DNA of 62,867 bases, counting the filler. It is 6 parts of 6 records of this genome, joined end to end, with 100 filler letters (N's around TTAATTAATTAA, not from the genome) between each part and the next. Parts side by side here need not be neighbours in the genome. Positions count along the whole stretch, not along the records: positions 51,638 to 62,867 come from SRR22947727_4728; 5 more parts are not named here. One strand, 5' to 3'. Positions 53,091 through 62,259 of the stretch are shown in pieces. A program made the translations under genes and the position numbers. Position 1 is the stretch's first letter; each line of letters starts with the position of its first letter. A model generated the notes under the pieces. The model did not search any database. It had not been told where the DNA came from and was given only the letters and a program-made list of their open reading frames with translations.

Positions 53091-53432
53091 CTACTTCCAG
53101 AGAACTTGTATTAATATAATGGTAATCGAAAGGGTTAGAGACACAAGGGTTTTCAAGCTTATGCCTTCCTTAAAGAATATCCCTACCAATATAGCATACA
53201 CGATTATACCTATTCCAAAGCCAATAAATCTAGTAGGCCAAAGCAATCCATCCAATCCTTCAACTGTGTATTTTGTTGCTACTATGTAGAAATAAGAAAT
53301 AGGTATTCCCATAAGTGAAATTACCCATGGATTTTCTTTAAAGTAATCCCATATGAATTGTCCTTGGATGTGAAACCAAGTAAGTATTTGGGCTAGTAAA
53401 AAGAATAATATGCCTATAATTAAGTTTTTCAT
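53091..53432 (-). CDS. Small 4-TM membrane protein (SMR/DMT-like)
   Basis: Four hydrophobic segments; FFKEGIS motif before the last helix. Confidence 0.6.
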   Translation of the reverse strand: MKNLIIGILFFLLAQILTWFHIQGQFIWDYFKENPWVISLMGIPISYFYIVATKYTVEGLDGLLWPTRFIGFGIGIIVYAILVGIFFKEGISLKTLVSLTLSITIILIQVLWK

Positions 53433-53472
53433 TAGGGTCTGGTATATACGTATAGTAGTATTAGGGGTGTGT

Positions 53473-55413
53473 TTATAAAAGTTTTATAAGCTTCCTTTGG
53501 TGTTCTTCCATTTTGTTTATTTTCACCTTTAAATTTCCTAATTCAAACTCTCCTATTTCACCACTATCTTTTATTATATCATTTAGTTGTTGGATTATTT
53601 GGAAATCTTGTTGTGAAAATTTATTTCCATCTATTTCAACTATTATATCTTCTCCCCCATTAAACCATGGTTCTAGAGCTTGTTCTAATTTTGGGTTTGG
53701 ATTAGTTATCTTATAAGATTTTTTATAGACAGGTGATACAATAGGTTTCATCATATTATCGTGTTGAACATTTGTACCCCACTTTTTAATAAAAGCAATA
53801 GTTGATTTATCCATGTCTTCTTTCCACTTTTTATGTCTTTCTTCATCCCCATCAAATGAACCTGCTCCTCTTCCCGTGAAATGATAAACAAATCCCTCCC
53901 ATGTTTGTATAAAGGTAAAACCAGCTAAATCCATTCTGTTAAATATATCCGAATCTTCTCTACAAGAATGTAATATTGGGTCATGTCCACCTAATATTTC
54001 TAAATATTCTTTTTTATTCATCATCCAAGGTGCAAATATACCTTGTGTGGTTGGTACTGTATCAAACTGTTCTACTCTATCCTTAATATATTGGTGAAAT
54101 TCTTCTTCTTTAAATTCTTCAGGATACATTCCAAAATCTTGTAATACTTTTTCCCCATTGTTTGGGTGGAGTGGTGGTTCAATACGAGTGGCACATACTA
54201 CTGTTTTTTCTTTTAGATATTTATATGCTTCAAAATCAGCATTTTTAGCTAAAATCATATCAGCATGAAAAATCATAAATGTATCAGTTGTAGATTTTTC
54301 AATACAAAAATCATATGCCATTCCAATACCATATAAACTTTTACCTAAATTTGGGTTTACATGATAAGATATATTATATTTATCTTTCACTTGATCCAAC
54401 CATTCAATAGTCCCATCTTCATCTGAATCAACAAATATTATTATTTCATGGTCTTTCCTATATGCATTATTTCTGATTGATGGGATACATGTTTTTAAGT
54501 ATCGCAAATTTGACTTGCTTGGTATACAAAATGTTATTTTATCCATTTTTAAATTTTCAGTTATAGGTTGATAGTTAATACCAGTTTCAACTAGGAGTGA
54601 ATTTGGATTTCCTACTGTTAAAGAAACACCAATCCTCCTAAGGCATTTTTTATTAAAAATACTAAGTAATTTATGGATTCCCAAATAATCTTTATCTTTA
54701 GTTCCTTGACAAGTATTATGAATTCCCTTTGGATCTTTTACATTGTTGGCTACATTAACTCTAGGTTTAAAATTTTCCCCCCCATACCCTATACTCTTGG
54801 AAGAATAAGGTGCGTCTTTATAAAAATCTTGGAACTTTCCTTCATCCTTTAAATCTACTCCAACTAATCTGATGTCTTTGTAACCTAAAGCAACTGCTAT
54901 TTGTAGTGTAGCAAACAATTGTCCTCTACTTTTGTATATAAAGTTATTAGAGGGGAGTAATTCCCCATAAGGGTGTTGGAAGTGATTGAAAAAATCTAAT
55001 GTCCAGTATTTTGCAATTTTTCCTATCTCATTTTCTTTTTCGAGTTCTATTTTTTCTAAATCACTATTAAAAAAATCAAAGTGGTTTATGTGGGTTTTTG
55101 TAGTGGTTTTGTTTTGGAAAAAATCTAAATGTAATTTATCTAAAGAATGATTTAAAATAAACTTACTATTAGGGCAATTTTTACTAGCCATATAAAACAT
55201 ATCAGTTTCCTTACTTTCAAAATAATCATTAGCTAGGTAACTTAAATCATAAAAAGTTGGTTCATATTCATGAACATACCAATGATTAAAACCTATAGTA
55301 TCATGTTTTTTAATTTCTTCCCATTCTTTAGAAGTTATATCAAGAATAGACCTTCCTGACCCCAGAATATAAATTCTGTCTGATGTTTTGTATTGGGAAA
55401 GATTATTAATCAT
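53473..55413 (-). CDS. Fusion: Maf/DUF115-like domain plus GT2 glycosyltransferase
   Basis: N-terminal IYILGSGRSI..TIGFN..ALGYKDIRLVGVD; C-terminal MDKITFCIPSK..DSDEDGT..HADM..EDSD GT-A domain. Confidence 0.65.
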   Translation of the reverse strand: MINNLSQYKTSDRIYILGSGRSILDITSKEWEEIKKHDTIGFNHWYVHEYEPTFYDLSYLANDYFESKETDMFYMASKNCPNSKFILNHSLDKLHLDFFQNKTTTKTHINHFDFFNSDLEKIELEKENEIGKIAKYWTLDFFNHFQHPYGELLPSNNFIYKSRGQLFATLQIAVALGYKDIRLVGVDLKDEGKFQDFYKDAPYSSKSIGYGGENFKPRVNVANNVKDPKGIHNTCQGTKDKDYLGIHKLLSIFNKKCLRRIGVSLTVGNPNSLLVETGINYQPITENLKMDKITFCIPSKSNLRYLKTCIPSIRNNAYRKDHEIIIFVDSDEDGTIEWLDQVKDKYNISYHVNPNLGKSLYGIGMAYDFCIEKSTTDTFMIFHADMILAKNADFEAYKYLKEKTVVCATRIEPPLHPNNGEKVLQDFGMYPEEFKEEEFHQYIKDRVEQFDTVPTTQGIFAPWMMNKKEYLEILGGHDPILHSCREDSDIFNRMDLAGFTFIQTWEGFVYHFTGRGAGSFDGDEERHKKWKEDMDKSTIAFIKKWGTNVQHDNMMKPIVSPVYKKSYKITNPNPKLEQALEPWFNGGEDIIVEIDGNKFSQQDFQIIQQLNDIIKDSGEIGEFELGNLKVKINKMEEHQRKLIKLL

Positions 55414-56336
55414 ACTTTTTTAATCATAAAATAAACATTACTACACAATAAATCATTTAAAGTTAGTGTTGGATACAAGTCTTGAGAGAGTTTTAGTAGT
55501 GAAGTATCAATAAATTTCAAATGGTTTAAATCTGGGATTGCTATAAAGTCCAATAGTTCAAACCCAGCGTTTTTGATATAGGTTTTTAGGTCTTTATGAG
55601 TCATTCTATTTAAATTTTTAGTGAAAAAGTTAAAACTTAATTCAGAATATTTAGTAGGAGGGTTATTTGGTGGAAATTCATTTGTGTATCTTTTAAAATC
55701 TTCATTAGTTAATAAAGTATGGGAAAAGGGGTAATCCAAAGTACACATACTATGTCCTCCTGAGATGCAGAAAAAAGGATTATATTGGTGGAATGAAACC
55801 CCTCCAGGTTTTAAAGCGTTATATATCTTTTCAAGAGCACCTTTTGGGTCCATTATGTGTTCAAATGTCTCCCAACTAAAAATAATATCAAATTCATTAT
55901 TAAAATCCATTTCAAATACCGAAGTGTCATAAAATGATAATTTAGATTGATCTAAATTGGGATGTAATTCCCTAATTTGGTTTCTTCTCTGTTCCAAAAC
56001 TTTAGAAGCATTTACTTCGTTTATAGATTGATTTATGTAATATTCAGGTATATCAATCCCTACTGCTTTTTTAGCTCCTAGCTCTAGGGCCCCAAAACAT
56101 TGCAATCCTAGATAACACCCTACATCCATTATACTTTTCCCTTCTAAAGAAATATCATATTTTGATAAGATGCCATTTGCTGAATGGATATCATGTTTTA
56201 GGTTGTTTATTTTTTCTAATGGGATAGGGGAATATTCAAAATTCTTATAAGCTTTTCTCCAATTTGATTTTATTTGTTCTCTCCACCCATCTACTATAGG
56301 CAATTCACAACCATTTGTTAATTTAAAGTTTTTCAT
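55410..56336 (-). CDS. Class I SAM-dependent methyltransferase
   Basis: MDVGCYLG, FDIIFSWETFEHI, LKPGG. Confidence 0.85.
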   Translation of the reverse strand: MKNFKLTNGCELPIVDGWREQIKSNWRKAYKNFEYSPIPLEKINNLKHDIHSANGILSKYDISLEGKSIMDVGCYLGLQCFGALELGAKKAVGIDIPEYYINQSINEVNASKVLEQRRNQIRELHPNLDQSKLSFYDTSVFEMDFNNEFDIIFSWETFEHIMDPKGALEKIYNALKPGGVSFHQYNPFFCISGGHSMCTLDYPFSHTLLTNEDFKRYTNEFPPNNPPTKYSELSFNFFTKNLNRMTHKDLKTYIKNAGFELLDFIAIPDLNHLKFIDTSLLKLSQDLYPTLTLNDLLCSNVYFMIKKV

Positions 56337-57280
56337 ATTCTATCTATAAAGTTTTGCATTTCATTATTGTAGTTTAGGTGGGATTTTTCTTTACTATATT
56401 TTTTGAATTCCCTCCCTTTATTTTTAAATGATAAATCATCAATAAGATCTTCATAAGGATTAAAATCATATAGTGACCTATAATTATTTTCTATACAAAC
56501 TATTCCTTCCATAACATATTGCTTAATATCATATCCTTTATTTTTCATAATATTGGAAGCATTCATAACAAAAGTATCATCTAACCCATAAGACCCAAGT
56601 GAATCAGGAATATTGATGAATTTAAGAAGTTGTTTTGAAAAAGTATTAACCCAACCCCCACCAAATTTAATAGGATTATTTTCTCTAAATGAGAGTTCAT
56701 CATTAGCAAATGAGGAAACAGCTAATCTATTTACCATATAGGGATCAACTGTTTTAAAATATTCATTTCCCACACCTTTAAAGTACTTATTAACTAACCC
56801 ATCCCATGAATTATCCCATAATTGTACGACTTCTGAGGAAATAATAACATTAGGGCAATCTATACTTTTAATTAAATTATTTAATTGGAAAAGTGTTAGA
56901 AATGGAAAGAACACATCTAAATCAAGATACATTAAATAATCGGCTTCTATATTATCATTTATACTATTTCTTCTTTTATCATTAATTCCCAAACACTTCT
57001 CTTCTTCATCAATAATAAAGTTTATTTTAGCCCAATCTTTATGTAGATTAGATATAACATTAAATTTTTGAATAAAAAACTGTTTAGGGATTTGACTATT
57101 TTCCCAATTAGTAAAATTAGAATTAAGATTTAAAGTAACATCTAAAATTATTTCTATTTCATTTTCTATTATTAGGTAGTTTTCTCTTAAAGTATTACAA
57201 ATTCTTTCTAGATGGTCTATTTCTCTAGGAAGGCAGTGAATTACAATTTGTACTTTATTTAATTTAATATCATTTCCCAT
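56333..57280 (-). CDS. Putative GT-A fold glycosyltransferase
   Basis: YLDLD (DxD) motif, YGLDD late motif, cluster context. Confidence 0.5.
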   Translation of the reverse strand: MGNDIKLNKVQIVIHCLPREIDHLERICNTLRENYLIIENEIEIILDVTLNLNSNFTNWENSQIPKQFFIQKFNVISNLHKDWAKINFIIDEEEKCLGINDKRRNSINDNIEADYLMYLDLDVFFPFLTLFQLNNLIKSIDCPNVIISSEVVQLWDNSWDGLVNKYFKGVGNEYFKTVDPYMVNRLAVSSFANDELSFRENNPIKFGGGWVNTFSKQLLKFINIPDSLGSYGLDDTFVMNASNIMKNKGYDIKQYVMEGIVCIENNYRSLYDFNPYEDLIDDLSFKNKGREFKKYSKEKSHLNYNNEMQNFIDRI

Positions 57281-58296
57281 TGTAGTGCTATATCTTTTTT
57301 AATATCTAATTTTAATTCTTTTCCTATAATATAGTCAAATTCCTTAGCAGAAATCCCATGTGCTGGTCGTTTGCATATTAAATGTTCTTTTGTCAGTATG
57401 GTTCCCTTTTTTAAATTATTTTTTAAATATACAGAACGTCTAGCATTTTTTCTAGAGATTTCTTCTGTGTCAAGTGGTGTTTTTAAAGTACTTCCTCCAA
57501 TTTCTAACAATAATTCTAAGTTTGATACAAATTTTAGCAAATCCTTAGGGTCCATGGCGTGATAATGATCATTGCCTGGGAGTGATTTGTCTAAGGTAAA
57601 ATGTTTTTCAATGTAAGAGGATCCCATCATTACTGCTTGAGTTAAAATAAGCATTCCTTCATCAGGGAGGGTATGATCAGAATATCCTACTTCTTTATTA
57701 AAATTTTTCAGATTTTCTATCATATTCAAATTAGCATTTTTATTTTCAGTAGGATAATTTAGAATGCAATGCAGTAATACAACATCACTATTTCCCTCTT
57801 TTTCAATAATATCTATGGCATCTTGAATTTCTTCATTTGTTGAAGCACCTGTAGATAATAAAATTTTCTTTTTGGTTTTTGATATTTTTCTTATTAAAGG
57901 GGTGTTAGTAATATCTGAGGAGGATATTTTGTGTAATTTTACTAGGGGGTCAAGATAATCAACTGATTCGAGATCAAAAGGAGTACTCATAAAATCAATC
58001 CCTATTTCATTACAATAATGGGATAAAATTATATATTCAGATTCACCAAATGAGTCGAATTTTTTAAATAAGTCATATTGATTTGTAGTAGGTTCTTTAG
58101 TAGTATCCCAATATGATGGGGAATTTTTAGATGCTATTTTTTCTGCTTTATATGATTGAAATTTAACAGCACTGGCCCCAGATTTTTTTGCTTCATTAAC
58201 CATTATTTTAGCCGCCTCCATCAGTGAAATGTTTTGTGTTTTAGCTATGTCATAATAATTAACGCCTATTTCTGCTATAATATATGGTTTTTTCAT
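57259..58296 (-). CDS. neuB: Nonulosonic (sialic-type) acid synthase NeuB family with SAF domain
   Basis: IIAEIGVN, AVKFQ, STPFD, LSTGAS, LHCILNYP, GYSDHT, IEKHFT, KRPAHG; start at MKKP overlaps upstream stop. Confidence 0.9.
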   Translation of the reverse strand: MKKPYIIAEIGVNYYDIAKTQNISLMEAAKIMVNEAKKSGASAVKFQSYKAEKIASKNSPSYWDTTKEPTTNQYDLFKKFDSFGESEYIILSHYCNEIGIDFMSTPFDLESVDYLDPLVKLHKISSSDITNTPLIRKISKTKKKILLSTGASTNEEIQDAIDIIEKEGNSDVVLLHCILNYPTENKNANLNMIENLKNFNKEVGYSDHTLPDEGMLILTQAVMMGSSYIEKHFTLDKSLPGNDHYHAMDPKDLLKFVSNLELLLEIGGSTLKTPLDTEEISRKNARRSVYLKNNLKKGTILTKEHLICKRPAHGISAKEFDYIIGKELKLDIKKDIALQWEMILN

Positions 58297-58838
58297 TTTT
58301 CTAAATATTTGATGTCTTGTAAGGTGTGTACATCTACCCAATCAGTAATAACAACCCCATTATAATTAACTTTTCCTTGGTGGGAAGATACAAAACATTT
58401 TATGATCTGTATAGCCCCATTATTTATCATATCATTCCCAACAGTATGGACTTGCCATAATCCATTTTCAATAAGCATTTCTATACACTTATCCAACACT
58501 TTAGATGTTATTTGGGGGGAGTTAGCCTGACATATAACTATAATATCATCGGGTTTTAAACCTAACTTACTTATAGTATGGTCTATAACATCTTGAGTCC
58601 AAATTTTATCACCCCCTAAATAGTCAGGTCTTTTTAAAGTTTTTATTCCCTTATTTGATGAAAATTCTAACAATTCATCCCAATCACTATTTACAAAGAT
58701 ATTTTTTTTAGGAATATATTTACTTTGTAATACTTCATCTATAGTATATTCAATAAGAGGTTTTCCATTTAAAGGAAACATATTCTTTTCTTTAAGTCTC
58801 TTAGATCCTTTACGTGCAGGAATTATACAATATATCAT
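58293..58838 (-). CDS. neuA: Acylneuraminate cytidylyltransferase NeuA family
   Basis: IIPARKGSKRLKEKN...GKPLI, KRP, QANSP, NGA, DVHT..D. Confidence 0.85.
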   Translation of the reverse strand: MIYCIIPARKGSKRLKEKNMFPLNGKPLIEYTIDEVLQSKYIPKKNIFVNSDWDELLEFSSNKGIKTLKRPDYLGGDKIWTQDVIDHTISKLGLKPDDIIVICQANSPQITSKVLDKCIEMLIENGLWQVHTVGNDMINNGAIQIIKCFVSSHQGKVNYNGVVITDWVDVHTLQDIKYLEK

Positions 58839-59524
58839 TTCTCGGCAAAAATTATAATATTATTATCTCCAGAGTATTCAGCAAGAGCTATTTTAAATCC
58901 TTTTTCTTCTAATAACTCATCAATATTAACCAAATTAGGTATTTTCTCTATTATGTTAGATTTTTTTAATTTAAAAGTGTGAACATGAGGGGTTCCTCCC
59001 ATCCAATTTCCGGTATTTGCCCACCACCTTTTACAGCTATAAGAAGGTAAATTTAAAGCTAATATTCCGTCTTCAACTAAAGCATCATACATTTCTTCTA
59101 AAACATCTCCTAAATTTGGTATATGTTCTAAGGTATGAGATGAAAAAATATAATCTATGGGGTATTCTACTTCTGATAGTTTATGATACTTAATGGGACG
59201 ATTATAATAATCAGTTAATTCAATATCTACTATATCAATATGACTTGAAATGGGTCTTTGAGAACCACCAAAATCAATTCCTCTTAAATTATCATTGAAT
59301 ATAATATCTACAAAAGTTTCTCTATAAGTGAATATACCTTTCCATCTCCACCCCCCCAATTTTTGGGAAAGTTGAAAGTGTCTAATATTATAGTTGTTTG
59401 TTTTTGGTTCTGCATCATATAGGTCATATATAAAATCATTATATGAACCATTATAGCCTACTAACATATCATTAATATAATTATCTGAGAGGAGGTATTC
59501 TTTATTAAAATTTTCTTGGATCAT
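58835..59524 (-). CDS. Class I SAM-dependent methyltransferase-like protein
   Basis: DFGG, DYIFSSHTLEHI, LVEDG. Confidence 0.7.
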   Translation of the reverse strand: MIQENFNKEYLLSDNYINDMLVGYNGSYNDFIYDLYDAEPKTNNYNIRHFQLSQKLGGWRWKGIFTYRETFVDIIFNDNLRGIDFGGSQRPISSHIDIVDIELTDYYNRPIKYHKLSEVEYPIDYIFSSHTLEHIPNLGDVLEEMYDALVEDGILALNLPSYSCKRWWANTGNWMGGTPHVHTFKLKKSNIIEKIPNLVNIDELLEEKGFKIALAEYSGDNNIIIFAEK

Positions 59525-60120
59525 CTGGTGGTTTTTGTGGTTAGGGATTCATTATGTTTAAAGTATCTATAAAGGGGGATGTTTAAGTATTCATATGTGA
59601 ATTCTTTTTCAAATCTTTTAATCATATCAAGATCCTCATTAATCCTTAACTTAGAATCCCAAAATCCCAAATACTCTAAAATATCAGTTTTATATAAAAT
59701 CCCACAAGCTAACTTTTCATCTACTTGAGATTTTTTAGCTAAGATGTTTTCATCAAAATCTACTTCTTGATAATCACAAGCTACGGCTTGTGAATTATTA
59801 AAGCTAGCCCAAAGATATAAACAATTAAGGAAATCCTTATGAACATAATCATCAGCATCAACTCTAATTGTATATTTTCCTAGAGAAGATTTAGCACCTA
59901 TTGTGCTACTAGCTCCAACACCCATGTTGATAGGATTGAATATTAGTTTTATTTTAGGGTGGTTTTTATATTCTAAAAGAATATTTCTTGAATTATCAGT
60001 TGAATAATCATCTACTATAATAATTTCATAATTATCAAAATTCTGATTGATTAAAGATCTAATACATCTACGAATCCATTTCCCATAATTAAAATTAGTT
60101 ACTACTACTGATATTTTCAT
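59521..60120 (-). CDS. Glycosyltransferase GT2
   Basis: SVVVTNFN, VDDYSTD, RVDADD, EDLD. Confidence 0.88.
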   Translation of the reverse strand: MKISVVVTNFNYGKWIRRCIRSLINQNFDNYEIIIVDDYSTDNSRNILLEYKNHPKIKLIFNPINMGVGASSTIGAKSSLGKYTIRVDADDYVHKDFLNCLYLWASFNNSQAVACDYQEVDFDENILAKKSQVDEKLACGILYKTDILEYLGFWDSKLRINEDLDMIKRFEKEFTYEYLNIPLYRYFKHNESLTTKTTR

Positions 60121-61018
60121 CTATTCCTAATTTTTGTTTATACTCTTTTATCCAAGATACTAAATCTCCTTTAGGATTCCAAGTAAGAATATTTTTAGCT
60201 TTACTATTATCTGCTAAAGTTTTAAAAGGTTCAACTCTTTTCTCCCCGTAAACTTTTTCACCTCCCATCATATCAGCAATTTCATTTACAGAATAATTTT
60301 CCCCATTACCTATATTAAAAACTTCACCATTTAGTGGTTTTTGATGGGTTGCAGCAAGCCAATTTGCTTCAACTACATCACCAACATATGTAAAATCTCT
60401 ACGTTGATTACCATCATTAGTAATAGTTAGGGGCTTACCATCCATCATTTGTTTTGCAAATATCCCCATAACTAAACAATAAGCTCCTTCTAATAACATA
60501 CGTTCACCATACACGTTAAAGTAACGAAGAGATACAGTATCTAACCCATATACTTCTGAAAAGAGTTTACAATATTGTTCCCCAATAAGTTTTTGTAAAC
60601 CATATGGGGATAAAGGATTAGTTGGGGTAGTTTCTGGTGTTGGGAAGATGTTAGTATTTCCATAGGCTGAGGAAGAGGCGCTGTATACAACTCGTTTGAC
60701 TCCTGCTTTATTACAAGCCATTAATAACCTTAAAGTGCTATCAACATTATGTTTATTAAAAGTTAATGGATCTTCTATTGAGGGTTGTACTCTTGCCAAT
60801 GCCGCAAAATGAAATACAACATCTACCCCACCTAGGTAAGGGTCTAAGTCATCTATTGATAAGTCTATTTTATGCACTATTGCTTTTGGGTTACAGTTTT
60901 CTCTCTTTCCAGTACTAAAGTTATCAAGTATTATTACTTCTTTGCCTTCTGCTATTAAACGATCTACCATATTAGAACCTACAAATCCAGCTCCTCCTGT
61001 TACTACTACTTTTTTCAT
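60095..61018 (-). CDS. NAD-dependent nucleotide-sugar epimerase/dehydratase
   Basis: TGGAGFVGS, HFAALARVQPS, YGLQK, LRYFNVYG. Confidence 0.9.
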   Translation of the reverse strand: MKKVVVTGGAGFVGSNMVDRLIAEGKEVIILDNFSTGKRENCNPKAIVHKIDLSIDDLDPYLGGVDVVFHFAALARVQPSIEDPLTFNKHNVDSTLRLLMACNKAGVKRVVYSASSSAYGNTNIFPTPETTPTNPLSPYGLQKLIGEQYCKLFSEVYGLDTVSLRYFNVYGERMLLEGAYCLVMGIFAKQMMDGKPLTITNDGNQRRDFTYVGDVVEANWLAATHQKPLNGEVFNIGNGENYSVNEIADMMGGEKVYGEKRVEPFKTLADNSKAKNILTWNPKGDLVSWIKEYKQKLGIDENISSSN

Positions 61019-61608
61019 TTTAATAATTTTATTTTGTGATTATTTAACATATGTTGTATGTATTTTTTTTCTTTAATTGGGGAATGGTCAGTATTGTTTT
61101 GGTTTTTGTATTTATTAGGTTTATCTTCGAAAAAATGAAGATTATCGTATTTTATATCGTATGTATCAAACCCATAAATGTAAACTTCTTCAAAATGGTT
61201 AATGGAAAAGTGAATACCTGCTATTCCTGTTGATGGCCAACTTGGGGAAAAGTTTGAAATTTTATTAATATCTTCTTCATAAGAAGGAGGGATAAATTTT
61301 ATGTTGTCGTAATTTTGTTCTATACTTTTAGCCAGGTTTGGGTTATATTTAAATTTAGGAGTAAAAATAAAAATTCCCTGATAGTCTTTGTGTCTCTGGG
61401 TTGCTAGATTTATTCTTAAATCACTAGTTATCCAGTAATCACAACGAGTTCCTACATATTCTTCATACCCTTTATTAATTTCCCCATTATCTTGCTTATG
61501 TCCTCTATTAAACCTACATACAATATCAAATTCATTAGAATCTATTCTTTCTCCCATCTTTTGTTCTAGAGCAGAGGGACCATTTCCTATAAGTAAAGCT
61601 TTTATCAT
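61015..61608 (-). CDS. GT29 (sialyltransferase-like) glycosyltransferase
   Basis: Sialylmotif L (IGNG...GERID..DIVCRFN...VGTR), S (PSTG...EVYIYGF), III (HFFE) and VS (HSPIKE). Confidence 0.75.
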   Translation of the reverse strand: MIKALLIGNGPSALEQKMGERIDSNEFDIVCRFNRGHKQDNGEINKGYEEYVGTRCDYWITSDLRINLATQRHKDYQGIFIFTPKFKYNPNLAKSIEQNYDNIKFIPPSYEEDINKISNFSPSWPSTGIAGIHFSINHFEEVYIYGFDTYDIKYDNLHFFEDKPNKYKNQNNTDHSPIKEKKYIQHMLNNHKIKLLK

Positions 61609-61620
61609 AATCTATTATTT

Positions 61621-62259
61621 TTACCCTAATCCCTTCCAGGTAGCCCCATTGCTAGTCCAGTAGTGATTTACTTTAATTCTAGGGGTGTACATATAACTAT
61701 ATCCTTTATTAACTATATCTATAGCCCAATATCTATCTTCTTTACCTATTAAGGATTCATCAAATGGGTTTGCAAGTAAAAATTCTCTACTATAAAAACA
61801 AAAAGCATTGTGTAAAAATTGCCTTTTTTCTATATCTGAAAACATATTTTTTACTTCTTGGTTGATAAAATGGCTCCAAATATATCTAGGTGTGATTTTT
61901 TTACCTCTATATATAGGTACTTGTGTGCCAAATACAGCTTTATGTGTTTTTAAATTTTCTTTAACATAAGATAGATCTAATTCAGTTATCTGGGAATGAG
62001 CTGAGAGGACTAATATTGTTTTATTTTTTGCAAGTTTAACTCCTAAATTTAAGGATTTTCCTGGGGAATATTGGTCCTGGATTTTGGTTATAGTAATATT
62101 TAAATGATCAAATAAAGAAACTACTTCTAAAGAATCATCTGTAGAATTGTCATCTATGATTAGGATTTCTGTTTCTATTCCTAAATGGTCTACTACAGAT
62201 TGGATTGCTAACCCTATATGCTCAGCTTCATTTTTATTTCTAATAATAACACTAATCAT
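61621..62259 (-). CDS. Glycosyltransferase GT2
   Basis: SVIIRNKNE, DDNSTD, LSAH, KEDRYW. Confidence 0.85.
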   Translation of the reverse strand: MISVIIRNKNEAEHIGLAIQSVVDHLGIETEILIIDDNSTDDSLEVVSLFDHLNITITKIQDQYSPGKSLNLGVKLAKNKTILVLSAHSQITELDLSYVKENLKTHKAVFGTQVPIYRGKKITPRYIWSHFINQEVKNMFSDIEKRQFLHNAFCFYSREFLLANPFDESLIGKEDRYWAIDIVNKGYSYMYTPRIKVNHYWTSNGATWKGLG

